64,000 nt of DNA from an uncultured Pseudomonadota bacterium. GTDB lineage: Bacteria > Bdellovibrionota_B > Oligoflexia > Oligoflexales > CAIYRB01. The stretch spans positions 1,915 to 65,914 of the forward strand of contig CAIWTN010000090.1 of the NCBI GenBank assembly GCA_903915625.1. Reading direction: 5' to 3'. The first letter of the stretch is position 1; every line of letters starts with the position of its first letter. This document shows, one piece after another, positions 7,915 through 17,627 of this stretch. The position numbers and the translations under genes were made by a program. Under the pieces are notes generated by a model. It was not told the origin of the DNA, searched no databases, and saw only the letters and a program-made list of their open reading frames with translations.

Positions 7915-8733
7915 TCAGTGCGGCATCGGAACTACTTTTAAGATAATGCGGCGATTTGCTTCGACGTGACCGGGCGCCATGGCACCATCGATGGGCTCAG
8001 CCTCGCCGTAGCCAACAGCAACCACACGCTTTTCATCAAAGCCTAATTCCGTGATAAGTATCTGCCTGACGGCCATCGCCCGCTGATACGATTCAATCTG
8101 ACTTATGTTTGATGGGCCGTCGTGATCAGTGTAGCCCTCGATCATAAGTAGTGACAGCCTTGCTGCAGAAAAAGCCTTCGCGGCTTCGCGGATCTGCTCG
8201 ATTCCTTCGGGCTTCATTTCAAAAGTCGTCGGATTAGCTTTGGGATCAGCAAAGAGCTCCGTGTAGCTTAGTGTTAAAGACGGTGTTAACTGCTGGCGGC
8301 GACTGAAATTGAAGCGCTGCACCACAGCGACGTCACCCACCATCAAATTCTGAAATTTAGGGAAGAGAGCCTTTGCCAGAGCAGAGCCGCGCCCATCGAC
8401 CTCAGCAATGATCGCTCCCTCTTGCACTTCCGTGACACGTAAATGACCCGTCTCTACCCAGATCGGCCGCCCCTTCACCGAGAGACGGTAGGTTTTAAAT
8501 TGAGTCCCTACCACTATGCCACTACCTAGCCCGGCGCCAATCACCACCAGGGCCGAATCACCTTCAGACGTAATAAACCGCTCGACGCTATAAACTCGCG
8601 GCTGAGCCTGCTCATTGATCTCACTCCAAGTTGGGCTTAGGTCTGCCGCCGCAGCGTTAAAACTAATGCTGATTAACATCAACAATGCAAACATCGTTTG
8701 ACGCATCATCGAACCCTCTAATAGTGAGTGCAT
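7915..8733 (-). CDS. OmpA/MotB-domain periplasmic protein with signal peptide
   Basis: 272 aa. The signal-like N-terminus ends NAAAADL. The C-terminal OmpA-like peptidoglycan-binding domain reads IEGYTDHDGP...SYQRAMAVRQIL...VAVGYGEAEP...NRRI. Confidence 0.75.
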   Translation of the reverse strand: MHSLLEGSMMRQTMFALLMLISISFNAAAADLSPTWSEINEQAQPRVYSVERFITSEGDSALVVIGAGLGSGIVVGTQFKTYRLSVKGRPIWVETGHLRVTEVQEGAIIAEVDGRGSALAKALFPKFQNLMVGDVAVVQRFNFSRRQQLTPSLTLSYTELFADPKANPTTFEMKPEGIEQIREAAKAFSAARLSLLMIEGYTDHDGPSNISQIESYQRAMAVRQILITELGFDEKRVVAVGYGEAEPIDGAMAPGHVEANRRIILKVVPMPH

Positions 8734-8885
8734 ATCTCTTTATCGACCCAAAGTGAAAAAACTTTAGACACTCACTCCGACTAGTAGCCTCCACAACATC
8801 ATTCACCGAATTTTTGTTTTCCCATGGTCCTAAACCACCTCTCTGTGAAAGAATTAGATTGGTTCACACCACTAAAGGGCCATCA

Positions 8886-9905
8886 ATGCACACTACTTTA
8901 GACCGCCTACTCAGTGGCTTTCCTTTAAGCGCCGACGACAACCAGGCAATTTTTGCCGACATGCTCTCTGGTCAGATGAGCGAAGCCGAGGTCGCCGCGA
9001 TACTTGCTGCCTGGCGTGTCCGGGGCGAAGGCAGTAGCGAACTATACGCGGGCGCAGTGTCCCTGCGCAGGCATGCAATTAAGCTCACTGTGCCCGAATC
9101 AACTCGGCCAATTATAGATAACTGCGGCACCGGTGGCGACGGCAGTAACAGTTTTAACCTATCGACCGCCGCTGCAATTGTCGCGGCCTCCGCCGGCGCA
9201 CACGTTGCTAAACACGGAAACCGAAGTGTAAGCAGCCGTTGCGGCTCTGCTGATTTATTATTTGCTGCTGGTTTCCCCAACACACTGAGCCCAGAGGCAG
9301 CGGGGATGTTGCTCGCTAAAACCGGATTCACTTTTTTCTTTGCGCCAAATTTCCACCCTTTGCTGGCCCATGTCGCACCTGTGCGCAGGCAGCTACGCGT
9401 GCGCACGATCTTCAATCTGCTCGGCCCCCTAGCGAATCCGCTAACACCGGAATATCAGCTCATCGGCGTCGGTGCTGCAACCTATTTGCGGCCGATGGCA
9501 GAGGCCCTGTCACAACTTGGCATTCGCCGCGGCCTCGTCGTACACGCACGCGACGGCCTAGATGAACTAAGCCCGTCTGCCCTTACGGATGCACTTTATA
9601 TAGAAAACGGCGCCATTAGCTCAATGCTCGTCGACCCCGTCAGCCTGGGCATCAGAGCCACAAATGCTGATTTAATCGGCGGCGACGCTACATTCAACCT
9701 AAACAGACTGCAAAACCTTCTAGATCATAAAGACCACGGCTTAGCAGATGCTGTCGCGCTCAATGCTGGCGCCGTCATATGGCTGGCCGAACTAGCTCCC
9801 GATCTAGGCAGCGGCATATCTATAGCTCGTCACCAAATAGCCTCAAGGGCAGCGCGCGACTTCTTTCACTCTTGGCTTGGTAGCGCCCGCGAATTAGCCA
9901 CATAA
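8886..9905 (+). CDS. trpD: Anthranilate phosphoribosyltransferase
   Basis: Motifs NCGTGGDGSNSFNLSTAAA and KHGNRSVSSRCGSADLL. I prefer ATG 8886 over the upstream TTG at 8814 given in the ORF track. Confidence 0.9.
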   Translation: MHTTLDRLLSGFPLSADDNQAIFADMLSGQMSEAEVAAILAAWRVRGEGSSELYAGAVSLRRHAIKLTVPESTRPIIDNCGTGGDGSNSFNLSTAAAIVAASAGAHVAKHGNRSVSSRCGSADLLFAAGFPNTLSPEAAGMLLAKTGFTFFFAPNFHPLLAHVAPVRRQLRVRTIFNLLGPLANPLTPEYQLIGVGAATYLRPMAEALSQLGIRRGLVVHARDGLDELSPSALTDALYIENGAISSMLVDPVSLGIRATNADLIGGDATFNLNRLQNLLDHKDHGLADAVALNAGAVIWLAELAPDLGSGISIARHQIASRAARDFFHSWLGSARELAT

Positions 9906-9915
9906 GGTGATCCCC

Positions 9916-10758
9916 ATGACTGAAAAACCTACAAAATCCCAAGGAAACGCCGAAAATTTCACAGCCAAAGGGCCAGATATTCTCCAAGAAATCTTAGCCA
10001 ACAAACACCGCGAGGTTGCTGCGGCGGCGGCCAAAATTTCATTAGAACAAATCCAAGAACTCGCGCACAAAGCGCCACCAGCCCGCTCATTTCTGGACGC
10101 CCTCAGCCCCAAACATAAGCCAAGAATTATTGCCGAGTGCAAACGCAAATCACCGAGTCGTGGCGTGATGATAAATCCCTACGATCCAGTCCGCTTGGCC
10201 ACAGCCTATGCCGATGGGGGCGCCGCCGCTATCTCAGTGCTCACCGATGAGAATTTTTTTGGCGGCCATCTGCAGCATCTGGCCGCCGTGCGCAAGGCAG
10301 TAAATCTGCCGATCTTGCGCAAAGATTTTATCGTATCCGAGTACCAGATTTACGAAGCTCGCGCCCACGGAGCGGACAGTTTCCTGCTCCTATCTGGGCC
10401 TTTGTCCGCCAATGAGCTAAGCGCCTTCATCACAGTCGGTCGTACTCTAGGCATGGAGCCCCTCATCGAAAGCCACACGGCCGGCGAATTAACCGCGGCA
10501 CTGACCACCGATGGTTCAATTTTTGGCATTAATAACAGAGATTTAAGGACTTTTAGCACCGATCTTAAAGGCGGAGCTGACCTCCTAGCACTGGCTCAGC
10601 GCGAAAAGCCCGACGCTTTATTTGTTTGCGAATCGGGCATCAAAACCAGACCTGATATTGAGAGGATGCAGACGCTCGGGTATAACGTCTTCCTAATCGG
10701 GGAAGCCCTCGTGACGCATTCGGATCCACGGAGTGCTGTTCAAAACCTCATCGCATAA
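9916..10758 (+). CDS. trpC: Indole-3-glycerol-phosphate synthase
   Basis: Motifs IIAECKRKSPSRG and LRKDFIVSEYQIYEARAHGAD. AAGGTGA SD lies 5 nt upstream of ATG 9916; the ORF track starts at GTG 9907. Confidence 0.9.
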   Translation: MTEKPTKSQGNAENFTAKGPDILQEILANKHREVAAAAAKISLEQIQELAHKAPPARSFLDALSPKHKPRIIAECKRKSPSRGVMINPYDPVRLATAYADGGAAAISVLTDENFFGGHLQHLAAVRKAVNLPILRKDFIVSEYQIYEARAHGADSFLLLSGPLSANELSAFITVGRTLGMEPLIESHTAGELTAALTTDGSIFGINNRDLRTFSTDLKGGADLLALAQREKPDALFVCESGIKTRPDIERMQTLGYNVFLIGEALVTHSDPRSAVQNLIA

Positions 10759-10825
10759 ACCCTCAGAAGGGCGAGTGGCGAGAGGTAGGCTTCCTGTTAA
10801 AAGCGCCGCGTAACAGGAGAATGCC

Positions 10826-11869
10826 TTGACTAGCGAATCCAACAAACCTGATCTCTACAAACAAGCTGGCGTTGATGTAGATAAAGGCGACCGACTAGTG
10901 GAATGGCTGCAGGGCGGTGACGGCTCTAAAAGCAATGCCACGACAAAATTCGGCAGTATCGTCTCAGGTATCGGCGGATTTGCTGCGCTATTTCGCCCCA
11001 ATTTTTCCGGTTTAAAAGATCCCTTGCTAGTCACAAGCACCGATGGGGTAGGGACCAAGGTCCTGCTCGGGATCGAATCCAACATCCTTACAGGGCTCGG
11101 CTTAGACCTGGTCGCCATGTGCGTCAACGACCTCTATACCGTAGGCGGCAGACCGCTTTTCTTTCTCGACTACTATGCCACCGGCACCCTCGACGAGGCT
11201 CAGTTCAAAGACGTACTGACCGGCATTAAAGAAGGTTGTCGCCAAAGCCAAGCACTGCTGCTTGGCGGTGAAACGGCAGAAATGCCGGGTTTATACGAAA
11301 AGCGCCACTTCGACCTCGCTGGCTTTGTCGTCGGAGCTGTCGATGGAGCAGCCATGCTAGGCGCTCACAACGTGCAGCCAGGGGACGTCCTACTCGCACT
11401 CCCGAGCAGCGGCTTTCACAGCAATGGTTACTCCTTGATCCGTAAGTGGACAAAGGAAAAACAGCCCAGCACTGAACTCATGCAAAAACTGATGATTCCG
11501 ACGCGGATTTATCACGAGCTGCCCGAGCTGGTTGAGAAGCTGGGAACAAAAGCAATCCACGCCGTGGCCAATATCACTGGCGGCGGAATCTCCGGCAACG
11601 TGCCTCGTGTCATGCCACCTGGCACCGCGTGTCACATTGACTTCAGCGCCTTGCCCATCCCCTCTTGGATGCGTCAATTCATCGAGGACCACGGCAGCAC
11701 GATCCCCGATTTAGAGGCCGTCTTTAACCTTGGCTGCGGCATGATCGCAGCCGTCGCCAAAGACGCCGTCCACGATGTCGTCGCCGCCTGCAAAGATGTG
11801 AATCTGCCTGTTTGTGCTATTGGCGAAGTGAAAGCTGCACAAGGCGAAGCTAGAGTCGTGTTCCACTGA
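10826..11869 (+). CDS. purM: Phosphoribosylformylglycinamidine cyclo-ligase (AIR synthetase)
   Basis: 347 aa. YKQAGVDVDKGD at the N-terminus and DGVGTK match the PurM family. TTG start with AGGAGA SD. Confidence 0.9.
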   Translation: MTSESNKPDLYKQAGVDVDKGDRLVEWLQGGDGSKSNATTKFGSIVSGIGGFAALFRPNFSGLKDPLLVTSTDGVGTKVLLGIESNILTGLGLDLVAMCVNDLYTVGGRPLFFLDYYATGTLDEAQFKDVLTGIKEGCRQSQALLLGGETAEMPGLYEKRHFDLAGFVVGAVDGAAMLGAHNVQPGDVLLALPSSGFHSNGYSLIRKWTKEKQPSTELMQKLMIPTRIYHELPELVEKLGTKAIHAVANITGGGISGNVPRVMPPGTACHIDFSALPIPSWMRQFIEDHGSTIPDLEAVFNLGCGMIAAVAKDAVHDVVAACKDVNLPVCAIGEVKAAQGEARVVFH

Positions 11870-11906
11870 ATGTATTTAGTTAAGTGACTTTAGTCACGGA
11901 GATCGC

Positions 11907-12908
11907 ATGCAAGCAACTCTCGGCTTTGAACGGCCCAAACATATCCTTAGTGCCAGTCAATTCAATCGAGCTTTTCTCGATTATATGTATGAGTTGATTA
12001 ATCAGATCCGAAAGTTCGACAAGACTAAAGATGGGCTCATGTATCTGCAGAGCCTGTTGCCGCATCGGCGAGCGATGCTCTATTTCACGCAGCCGTCGAC
12101 GCGCACGTTCATGAGTTTTCAAGCTGCCTGCAGTATTTTAGGAATCAAACCCTCTGAAATTCGTGACACCGCCACTAGCTCCGAGCGCAAGGGCGAATCT
12201 ATCGACGACTCTCTTAGGACCTTTGCCAGCTACGTTGATTTAATCGTGATGCGCGCACCCGTCGCTGGACTATCCGACCGGATCGCGACTCTACTCGACG
12301 CGACGCCGCGGCCGGTACCCATTATCAATGCAGGCAGCGGCCCAGACGAACATCCGACTCAGGCACTACTCGACATCTATACGCTGCAGCGCAGCTTCAA
12401 GTCAGCCTCAGGTATCGAGGGCAAAACTATCTGCATGGTCGGCGATTTGAAGCGCGGCCGCACCATCCGCTCACTCAGTCGGCTGCTAGCCAACTATCCT
12501 CGCACACAGCTGATCTTTTGTTCGCCTCCTGAGTTCAAAATTGCCGACGATCTTAGGCAATTCCTGAGCAGCAGGGATGTCAGTTTTGAAGAGACCACCA
12601 ACTTCACTGCCGCAATTGAAGCTGCCGATGCCATCTACATGACGCGCGTTCAAGATGAGTACGACCAAGCCGGCGCGACAAAGGTCGACACCCGGGCCTA
12701 CTGCCTCAAGCAGGAGCACCTACCTCTGCTGCGTCGCGACTCAGTCATTATGCACCCGCTCCCCAGACGCGACGAACTAGACCCGGCTATTGATCATGAC
12801 CCGCGCGCCAAATATTGGCGCCAAGAACGAAACGGCATGTGGACCAGAGTGGCACTAATCACTATTCTAATGGGAGTCGATAGCCACATCGTTTTGCCAA
12901 CCCTATGA
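11907..12908 (+). CDS. pyrB: Aspartate carbamoyltransferase catalytic chain
   Basis: Motifs PSTRT, HPTQALLD, GDLKRGRT, MTRVQ and HPLPR. The first motif reads STRTF rather than the canonical STRTR. Confidence 0.78.
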   Translation: MQATLGFERPKHILSASQFNRAFLDYMYELINQIRKFDKTKDGLMYLQSLLPHRRAMLYFTQPSTRTFMSFQAACSILGIKPSEIRDTATSSERKGESIDDSLRTFASYVDLIVMRAPVAGLSDRIATLLDATPRPVPIINAGSGPDEHPTQALLDIYTLQRSFKSASGIEGKTICMVGDLKRGRTIRSLSRLLANYPRTQLIFCSPPEFKIADDLRQFLSSRDVSFEETTNFTAAIEAADAIYMTRVQDEYDQAGATKVDTRAYCLKQEHLPLLRRDSVIMHPLPRRDELDPAIDHDPRAKYWRQERNGMWTRVALITILMGVDSHIVLPTL

Positions 12909-12964
12909 AAGCAACTGAATTCACATGAATTCGCTGGGAGCAAACGCAATCAGGGAGTCACGTA

Positions 12965-13870
12965 ATGGCCGATGCGAATATCCCTCGATCGATAAAAGAA
13001 GCTGTAAAAGTCGCTGTCGTAACGATGACTACTACAGCCGACAAGCAACGCAACATCGACACAGCTTTCTCGATGGTTCGCACGGCAGCAGCGCAAGGTG
13101 CTGCCTGGGTGCAGCTGCCCGAGATGTTTCCCTATATGGGGACTTACGACCAAGTTTATAACATGGCGGAAGTAGAGGGCGGCCCCCTCTATCAAGCACT
13201 ATCCAATCTCGCCCGCGACCTTAAAATCGTTCTATTTGCAGGCTCCGTCGGTGAGCGTCCAAGTAGCGACGAAGAGTCAGCCGAAAAGCTTATCAACGCC
13301 CAAGGACAAAAGAGGGTGTACAACACTTCTTACGTATTTGGTCGCGACGGCAACTTGTTAGCTAAATATCGTAAAATTCATCTCTTTAATCTCAATGATG
13401 AAAACGGCCTGCCGCGCTACCGCGAGAGCGATGGATATATCCCAGGCAGCCGACCCGTGACGTTTAAGGTCGATGGCTTTAAAGTCGGCCTCTCCATTTG
13501 CTACGACCTCCGCTTTCCTCAGCTGTTCAACCTTTTTGGCGAGCAGGAACCTGTGGACGTCATAGCCGTCCCGTCGGCCTTTACGTTGGCTACCGGACGC
13601 GCTCACTGGGAGTTGCTGCTGCGGGCTAGGGCGGTAGAAAACCTGGCCTTTATCTATGCCGCCAACCAAACCGGCCTGCATAGTCCCGGCAAAGAATCGT
13701 ACGGCCACTCGCTGGTCGTCGACCCGTGGGGCACCGTCCTAAGTAATACCGGTGATTTTCCCGGAATCGGCTTTGCCAACATCTCGAGTGGGGTCATCCG
13801 GGAGGTGCGGGGCCGCTTACCAGCGCTCAGCAATCGTCGACCAGACATCTATTTGGCAAACCATCAGTAG
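12965..13870 (+). CDS. Carbon-nitrogen hydrolase family protein (Nit/omega-amidase-like)
   Basis: 301 aa. QLPEMF (catalytic Glu region), YRKIHLF (Lys) and ICYDLRFPQLF (Cys) match the nitrilase-superfamily triad context. Confidence 0.8.
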   Translation: MADANIPRSIKEAVKVAVVTMTTTADKQRNIDTAFSMVRTAAAQGAAWVQLPEMFPYMGTYDQVYNMAEVEGGPLYQALSNLARDLKIVLFAGSVGERPSSDEESAEKLINAQGQKRVYNTSYVFGRDGNLLAKYRKIHLFNLNDENGLPRYRESDGYIPGSRPVTFKVDGFKVGLSICYDLRFPQLFNLFGEQEPVDVIAVPSAFTLATGRAHWELLLRARAVENLAFIYAANQTGLHSPGKESYGHSLVVDPWGTVLSNTGDFPGIGFANISSGVIREVRGRLPALSNRRPDIYLANHQ

Positions 13871-13890
13871 CGCTGGCGGTGCCGCCAGCG
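13871..13890 (+). terminator. GC-rich hairpin directly after the C-N hydrolase stop, with no U-tract
   Basis: CGCTGGCGG-tg-CCGCCAGCG starts 1 nt after the TAG. No T-run follows, so intrinsic-terminator status is uncertain. Confidence 0.3.
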
Positions 13891-14053
13891 CATCCATCGA
13901 ATTCTGAATAATAGGGAAAAAGTAGAAAGATCTTCGCCATGGACGGAGAGCCGACAGGCCACGCCCAAGGGAGCGGTCTAAATATTATTTGCCGGACGCC
14001 GAGAAAAGGAGAGTTGTTCTCGCCACTGCCATGGTCTCGGCAAGGGGTCCTCG

Positions 14054-14341
14054 ATGTCAGATAAAATGCAATCAAAAGTAGAAATGCTGGAACGCGCTGT
14101 TTTGGAACTCGGCACCGAGCTCTTTAATCTCAAAGGGTCGATGGCCAAAAACCAAGAAAGCCACGAGCAATTTCTCGCCACGATAAAAGGCCTGAAACAA
14201 CTCCTCGACGAGAAGGGCGTGATCACTGGTGATGATTTCGAAGCGGCCGTCGAACTAGGACGGGCTATCGAGCATTTCAATTCCCAGGCCGAGCACGCCC
14301 TCACCAATGAGCTGGAAAAGATCAAGAAAGCGGGACACTGA
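14054..14341 (+). CDS. Hypothetical small helical / coiled-coil protein (95 aa)
   Basis: ORF with AAGGGG SD and a heptad-like charged sequence. I recognise no family. Confidence 0.5.
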   Translation: MSDKMQSKVEMLERAVLELGTELFNLKGSMAKNQESHEQFLATIKGLKQLLDEKGVITGDDFEAAVELGRAIEHFNSQAEHALTNELEKIKKAGH

Positions 14342-14372
14342 TCGCCCGCTGTCACAGGGGGGGATCATTTCT

Positions 14373-15194
14373 ATGCGCATTGCACATAGCTGCGCCGCAA
14401 TCATAGTCGGCCTAATGACATTGTCAAAGTTGGCCTTGTCCGCTGATGAGCCATTTGAGCTCCGCTACCGCTTTCAGCAAAGAGACGGCGTCCAGAGCCC
14501 TCATGTGTTTGTCCTCAGGTGGAAAGATGCTGGTTCAAACTTGTCCACCATCGAGGTGATAGAGCCGGAATCAAATAAAGTACTCCAATCTTTGGACATG
14601 CCCGCAGACAAAGTGCACCTGATTTGGCAGGACTTAGTGCCGAAAAAGAATCAGGTGAAAGACAAGATCGTCGACTTTATCGACTATAACTTTGATCAGT
14701 ACGGCGACCTTAGACTGACGCAAAGCTGGCCTTACAAGCCAGGCGGCAAGTATTATCTAATTTGGCTATTCGACCATGGTGAGAACAAATACAAGTTCTC
14801 CGAAGAGCTCAGTCGATTGCCTGCGCCTTCCGTCGATCAAAAAGCAAAGCGCATTTACAGCACCACTTTCGGTAACTACGGCGGTGGCGAGTTCGTCAGT
14901 GACACATATTCAGTGGCACCCGACGGCAAACTAATCCTCGAAACCAAAGTTACGCAGAAAATCGTGCAGCCTGAAAAGCTAAAATTCCTGCGAGAAGTGC
15001 AAACTCAGGGCATGGGTGAGCCTCGGCTTATGTGCCGCATCGAAATTCCGGCCGAGGGGCGACCGCGTTGCATTTGGGGCAAGGCAGAGGCCTGTGAGAC
15101 CTTCATGCGCAAAGCTGCGCCTTTTGAGCCAGCTGCTGAAAGCACAACGGTCCAGGAGGCACCCGCTGAGGCTGCCTCCCAGACTAGTCACTAA
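14373..15194 (+). CDS. Hypothetical secreted protein
   Basis: Internal ATG 14373 is preceded by a G-rich SD. It gives the signal peptide MRIAHSCAAIIVGLMTLSKLALSA-DEP. The C-terminal region holds three Cys. No family recognised. Confidence 0.55.
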   Translation: MRIAHSCAAIIVGLMTLSKLALSADEPFELRYRFQQRDGVQSPHVFVLRWKDAGSNLSTIEVIEPESNKVLQSLDMPADKVHLIWQDLVPKKNQVKDKIVDFIDYNFDQYGDLRLTQSWPYKPGGKYYLIWLFDHGENKYKFSEELSRLPAPSVDQKAKRIYSTTFGNYGGGEFVSDTYSVAPDGKLILETKVTQKIVQPEKLKFLREVQTQGMGEPRLMCRIEIPAEGRPRCIWGKAEACETFMRKAAPFEPAAESTTVQEAPAEAASQTSH

Positions 15195-15210
15195 GTCCTG
15201 CCACATTCTC

Positions 15211-16764
15211 TTAGATGGTCCGCTTATCCAGACCGTACTTTTCGACCTTCATAATCAAACCGGCCCGGCTAATGCCCAACTCTTTTGCAAGTTTTGACTT
15301 GTTCCAGCGCGTGCGTTCTAGGCCCTCTCGAATCATATCCTTTTCCAACTCTTCGAGAGCATCCTTCAAACGACCCGCAATCCGGTAGCCGGGATACTTA
15401 TTTTTCGCATTGTCGTAAATATGCTGACTGAGAACGTCCGGTGGAATCTCGCCTTCGTTAGACGAAAGTACACATGCTCGCTCGATTTCGTTTTCCAACT
15501 CGCGCACATTGCCTGGCCATTCGTGATTGATCAGGCGCTCCAAGGTGCCGCTGCTAATCAATTTATTTTGACCGCGCTCTTTATTAAACTTCTTCAGGAA
15601 GTGTTCTGCTAGTAGAGGAATATCTTCCTTGCGTTCGCGCAGCGGAGGAACGGTCAAATTGATTACTTTCAAGCGGTAATACAAATCTTCGCGGAACTGG
15701 CCTTCTTTGACCATCTTCTGCAATTCACGGTTTGTCGCAGCCAAAATCCGAACATTAACTCGTTTGGTTACCGTAGCACCTACCGGGGTAAATGTTCCTT
15801 CCTGCAGAACTCGAAGCATCTTCACCTGCATGGACATCGACGTTTCGCCAATCTCATCGAGGAACAACGTGCCACCATCAGCCTCTTCGAAGAGGCCTTT
15901 CTTGTCTTTAATCGCACCGGTAAATGCGCCCTTCATGTGACCAAAGAGCTCACTCTCGAGTAAGTTTTCGTTAAATGCACCGCAGTTGACCACGACAAAT
16001 TTCTTATCTTTACGGCGGGAATTGTAGTGTAAGGCTTTGGCAATCAGCTCCTTACCAGTACCGTTTTCCCCGTTAATAAGTACCGTGGCATCAGAGTCAC
16101 ACACACGATCAAGCAGACGATAGAGATCTTGCATTGGTGCAGATTTACCAATCATCCGATCAAAACCATATCGAGTTCCAAGCTCTTTACTCAGCTCTCC
16201 GACTTTTTCCTGCTCATCGAACACACGTTTTTGCGAGACTATGATCTCTTCAACTACCATCTCAATCAGCTCTGTGAGATAGGCGATATCTTTCTCAGAA
16301 AGAACCGGAAGTGAATCAACGTGAGCCGTGAGCTCTGCTTCTCGACCGGAAAAAGAACGCGCTAGATACGACTTAAGCCGCATCTTTTGCTCGTCCGCAG
16401 AATCGGCCACGAGAAACCCGTCGCCAAAAACACACCCCATGTACTTGCCTTCAACTCGGATAGGCACCGTAATGGTTGAGAATCCTGCATGACAGCGAGA
16501 CATGCGCGCGTCTTTGCTGCGCGTTGTCTCTACTGTGGTTTGCCTAGCCGTGCCCCGGCAGGCCTCAAAGCCCTTGCCGTCATTGGTCACCGCTTGGCAA
16601 ATTTGATTAAGAGGATTGAAGAACTTGCCCTCGGGAACACCCCGTAAAAGCCCCTTGGTGTCGGTGAAATTAATCTGTATCTTCCACCACTTACCAACTA
16701 GCTCTCGAAGCCTGCGAATGACATGTAACTTGTCAAACTCGCTCCAGCGCACTTTGTCAGTCAT
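15211..16764 (-). CDS. Sigma-54-dependent transcriptional activator (bEBP) with a PocR-like N-terminal sensor domain
   Basis: 517 aa. AAA+ motifs GENGTGKELIAKALH, ESELFGHMKGAFTGA (GAFTGA loop) and FLDEIGE. C-terminal Fis HTH KSKLAKELGISRAGLIMKVEKYGL. The N-terminal Cys/His pattern (C..C...CHAGF...PI..EG...G) resembles the PocR domain. Confidence 0.85.
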   Translation of the reverse strand: MTDKVRWSEFDKLHVIRRLRELVGKWWKIQINFTDTKGLLRGVPEGKFFNPLNQICQAVTNDGKGFEACRGTARQTTVETTRSKDARMSRCHAGFSTITVPIRVEGKYMGCVFGDGFLVADSADEQKMRLKSYLARSFSGREAELTAHVDSLPVLSEKDIAYLTELIEMVVEEIIVSQKRVFDEQEKVGELSKELGTRYGFDRMIGKSAPMQDLYRLLDRVCDSDATVLINGENGTGKELIAKALHYNSRRKDKKFVVVNCGAFNENLLESELFGHMKGAFTGAIKDKKGLFEEADGGTLFLDEIGETSMSMQVKMLRVLQEGTFTPVGATVTKRVNVRILAATNRELQKMVKEGQFREDLYYRLKVINLTVPPLRERKEDIPLLAEHFLKKFNKERGQNKLISSGTLERLINHEWPGNVRELENEIERACVLSSNEGEIPPDVLSQHIYDNAKNKYPGYRIAGRLKDALEELEKDMIREGLERTRWNKSKLAKELGISRAGLIMKVEKYGLDKRTI

Positions 16765-16939
16765 CGGCTGCTCCTAAATGACTGTAATCCCAATGATGGG
16801 CGATTGTTGGTAGTCACCATGACTACTTCCAAACCCCTCATCGGTCAAAATGCGTAAACTCTTTACAGGAATAATTGCCAACAATTGCGGGCCACTGTGG
16901 ATTCAGTGGCGGATCTATGGACAATTTGCGTGGGTAGAC

Positions 16940-17584
16940 CTAGATGCTATCAGTAATTTTGACACCCGCTGGCAAAGCGAACGCTGACTCGGGAATAGCC
17001 GCACGACTTGGATTCTTAAACTCATGGATTAGTGAGTTTTTATTGTTTAAGTCCATTTTTAGATAAGCAATAAACTCTTCCTTTTTTGCAAAGTGCAACT
17101 CAATCCCGACCAAGTCACCTGGGGTCTTTGGACTCAGCCGGATTTTGATAAGGTCTCCCACCTCTTCAGCTTTGACTAGATCGTAACGCTTAAGCAATGT
17201 GTCGACATTAAGCACCAGATCAATAACCTGCCTAAGTTCCTGCGCCTGCGCACCATTTGGCGCATAGCGTTTGGCAGTAGCGGTGTCAGGACTGAAGTCA
17301 TAGAAAGACTTGCCGTCGTAAATCTTGAACTCCTTACTCGGTGTCTGCAGCATCCACTTAAACAAGTTTGGTTTGACAAAGAGCGCCTTGCCCTCGCGAC
17401 GCGTGCTTTTACCACGTAGCCCTGAGTACTTGGTCTGCACAAAATCGACTGTGAGAGCGTCAGAGGACTTCATTTTTGACTGGACGGCACGCAGCTCTTC
17501 CACGCTCAAGTCCTTAGCTAGTGCTAGCGCAGGGGTAGCAGCTAGTAGACAAACCGCAGCGAACTTCAGAAAAAATTTTGGCAC
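16940..17584 (-). CDS. lolA: LolA-like outer-membrane lipoprotein carrier protein
   Basis: Signal peptide, then VDFVQTKY...GKALFVKPNLFKWMLQTP...KIYDGKSFYDFSP, a LolA-like pattern. I prefer the GTG start at 17584 (GGAGG 5 nt upstream) over TTG 17596. Confidence 0.65.
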   Translation of the reverse strand: MPKFFLKFAAVCLLAATPALALAKDLSVEELRAVQSKMKSSDALTVDFVQTKYSGLRGKSTRREGKALFVKPNLFKWMLQTPSKEFKIYDGKSFYDFSPDTATAKRYAPNGAQAQELRQVIDLVLNVDTLLKRYDLVKAEEVGDLIKIRLSPKTPGDLVGIELHFAKKEEFIAYLKMDLNNKNSLIHEFKNPSRAAIPESAFALPAGVKITDSI

Positions 17585-17627
17585 TTTAGCCTCCAATATA
17601 GGTCCACTCGTTTCTAAGATCTAAGCT

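Noticed and set aside
11907-12908. Possible non-canonical transcarbamylase, because the first motif reads STRTF instead of STRTR
   Set aside because: The aspartate-specific residues are present (GDLKxGRT, MTRVQ with Arg/Gln, HPLPR). ATCase remains the best call, and the substitution is only noted.
16885-16910. Inverted repeat GCCACTG-tggatt-CAGTGGC upstream of the bEBP gene, which contains a partial DnaA-box-like TGTGGAT
   Set aside because: It is only a partial box match. It may be a weak lolA transcript-end hairpin, and the evidence for any specific function is insufficient.
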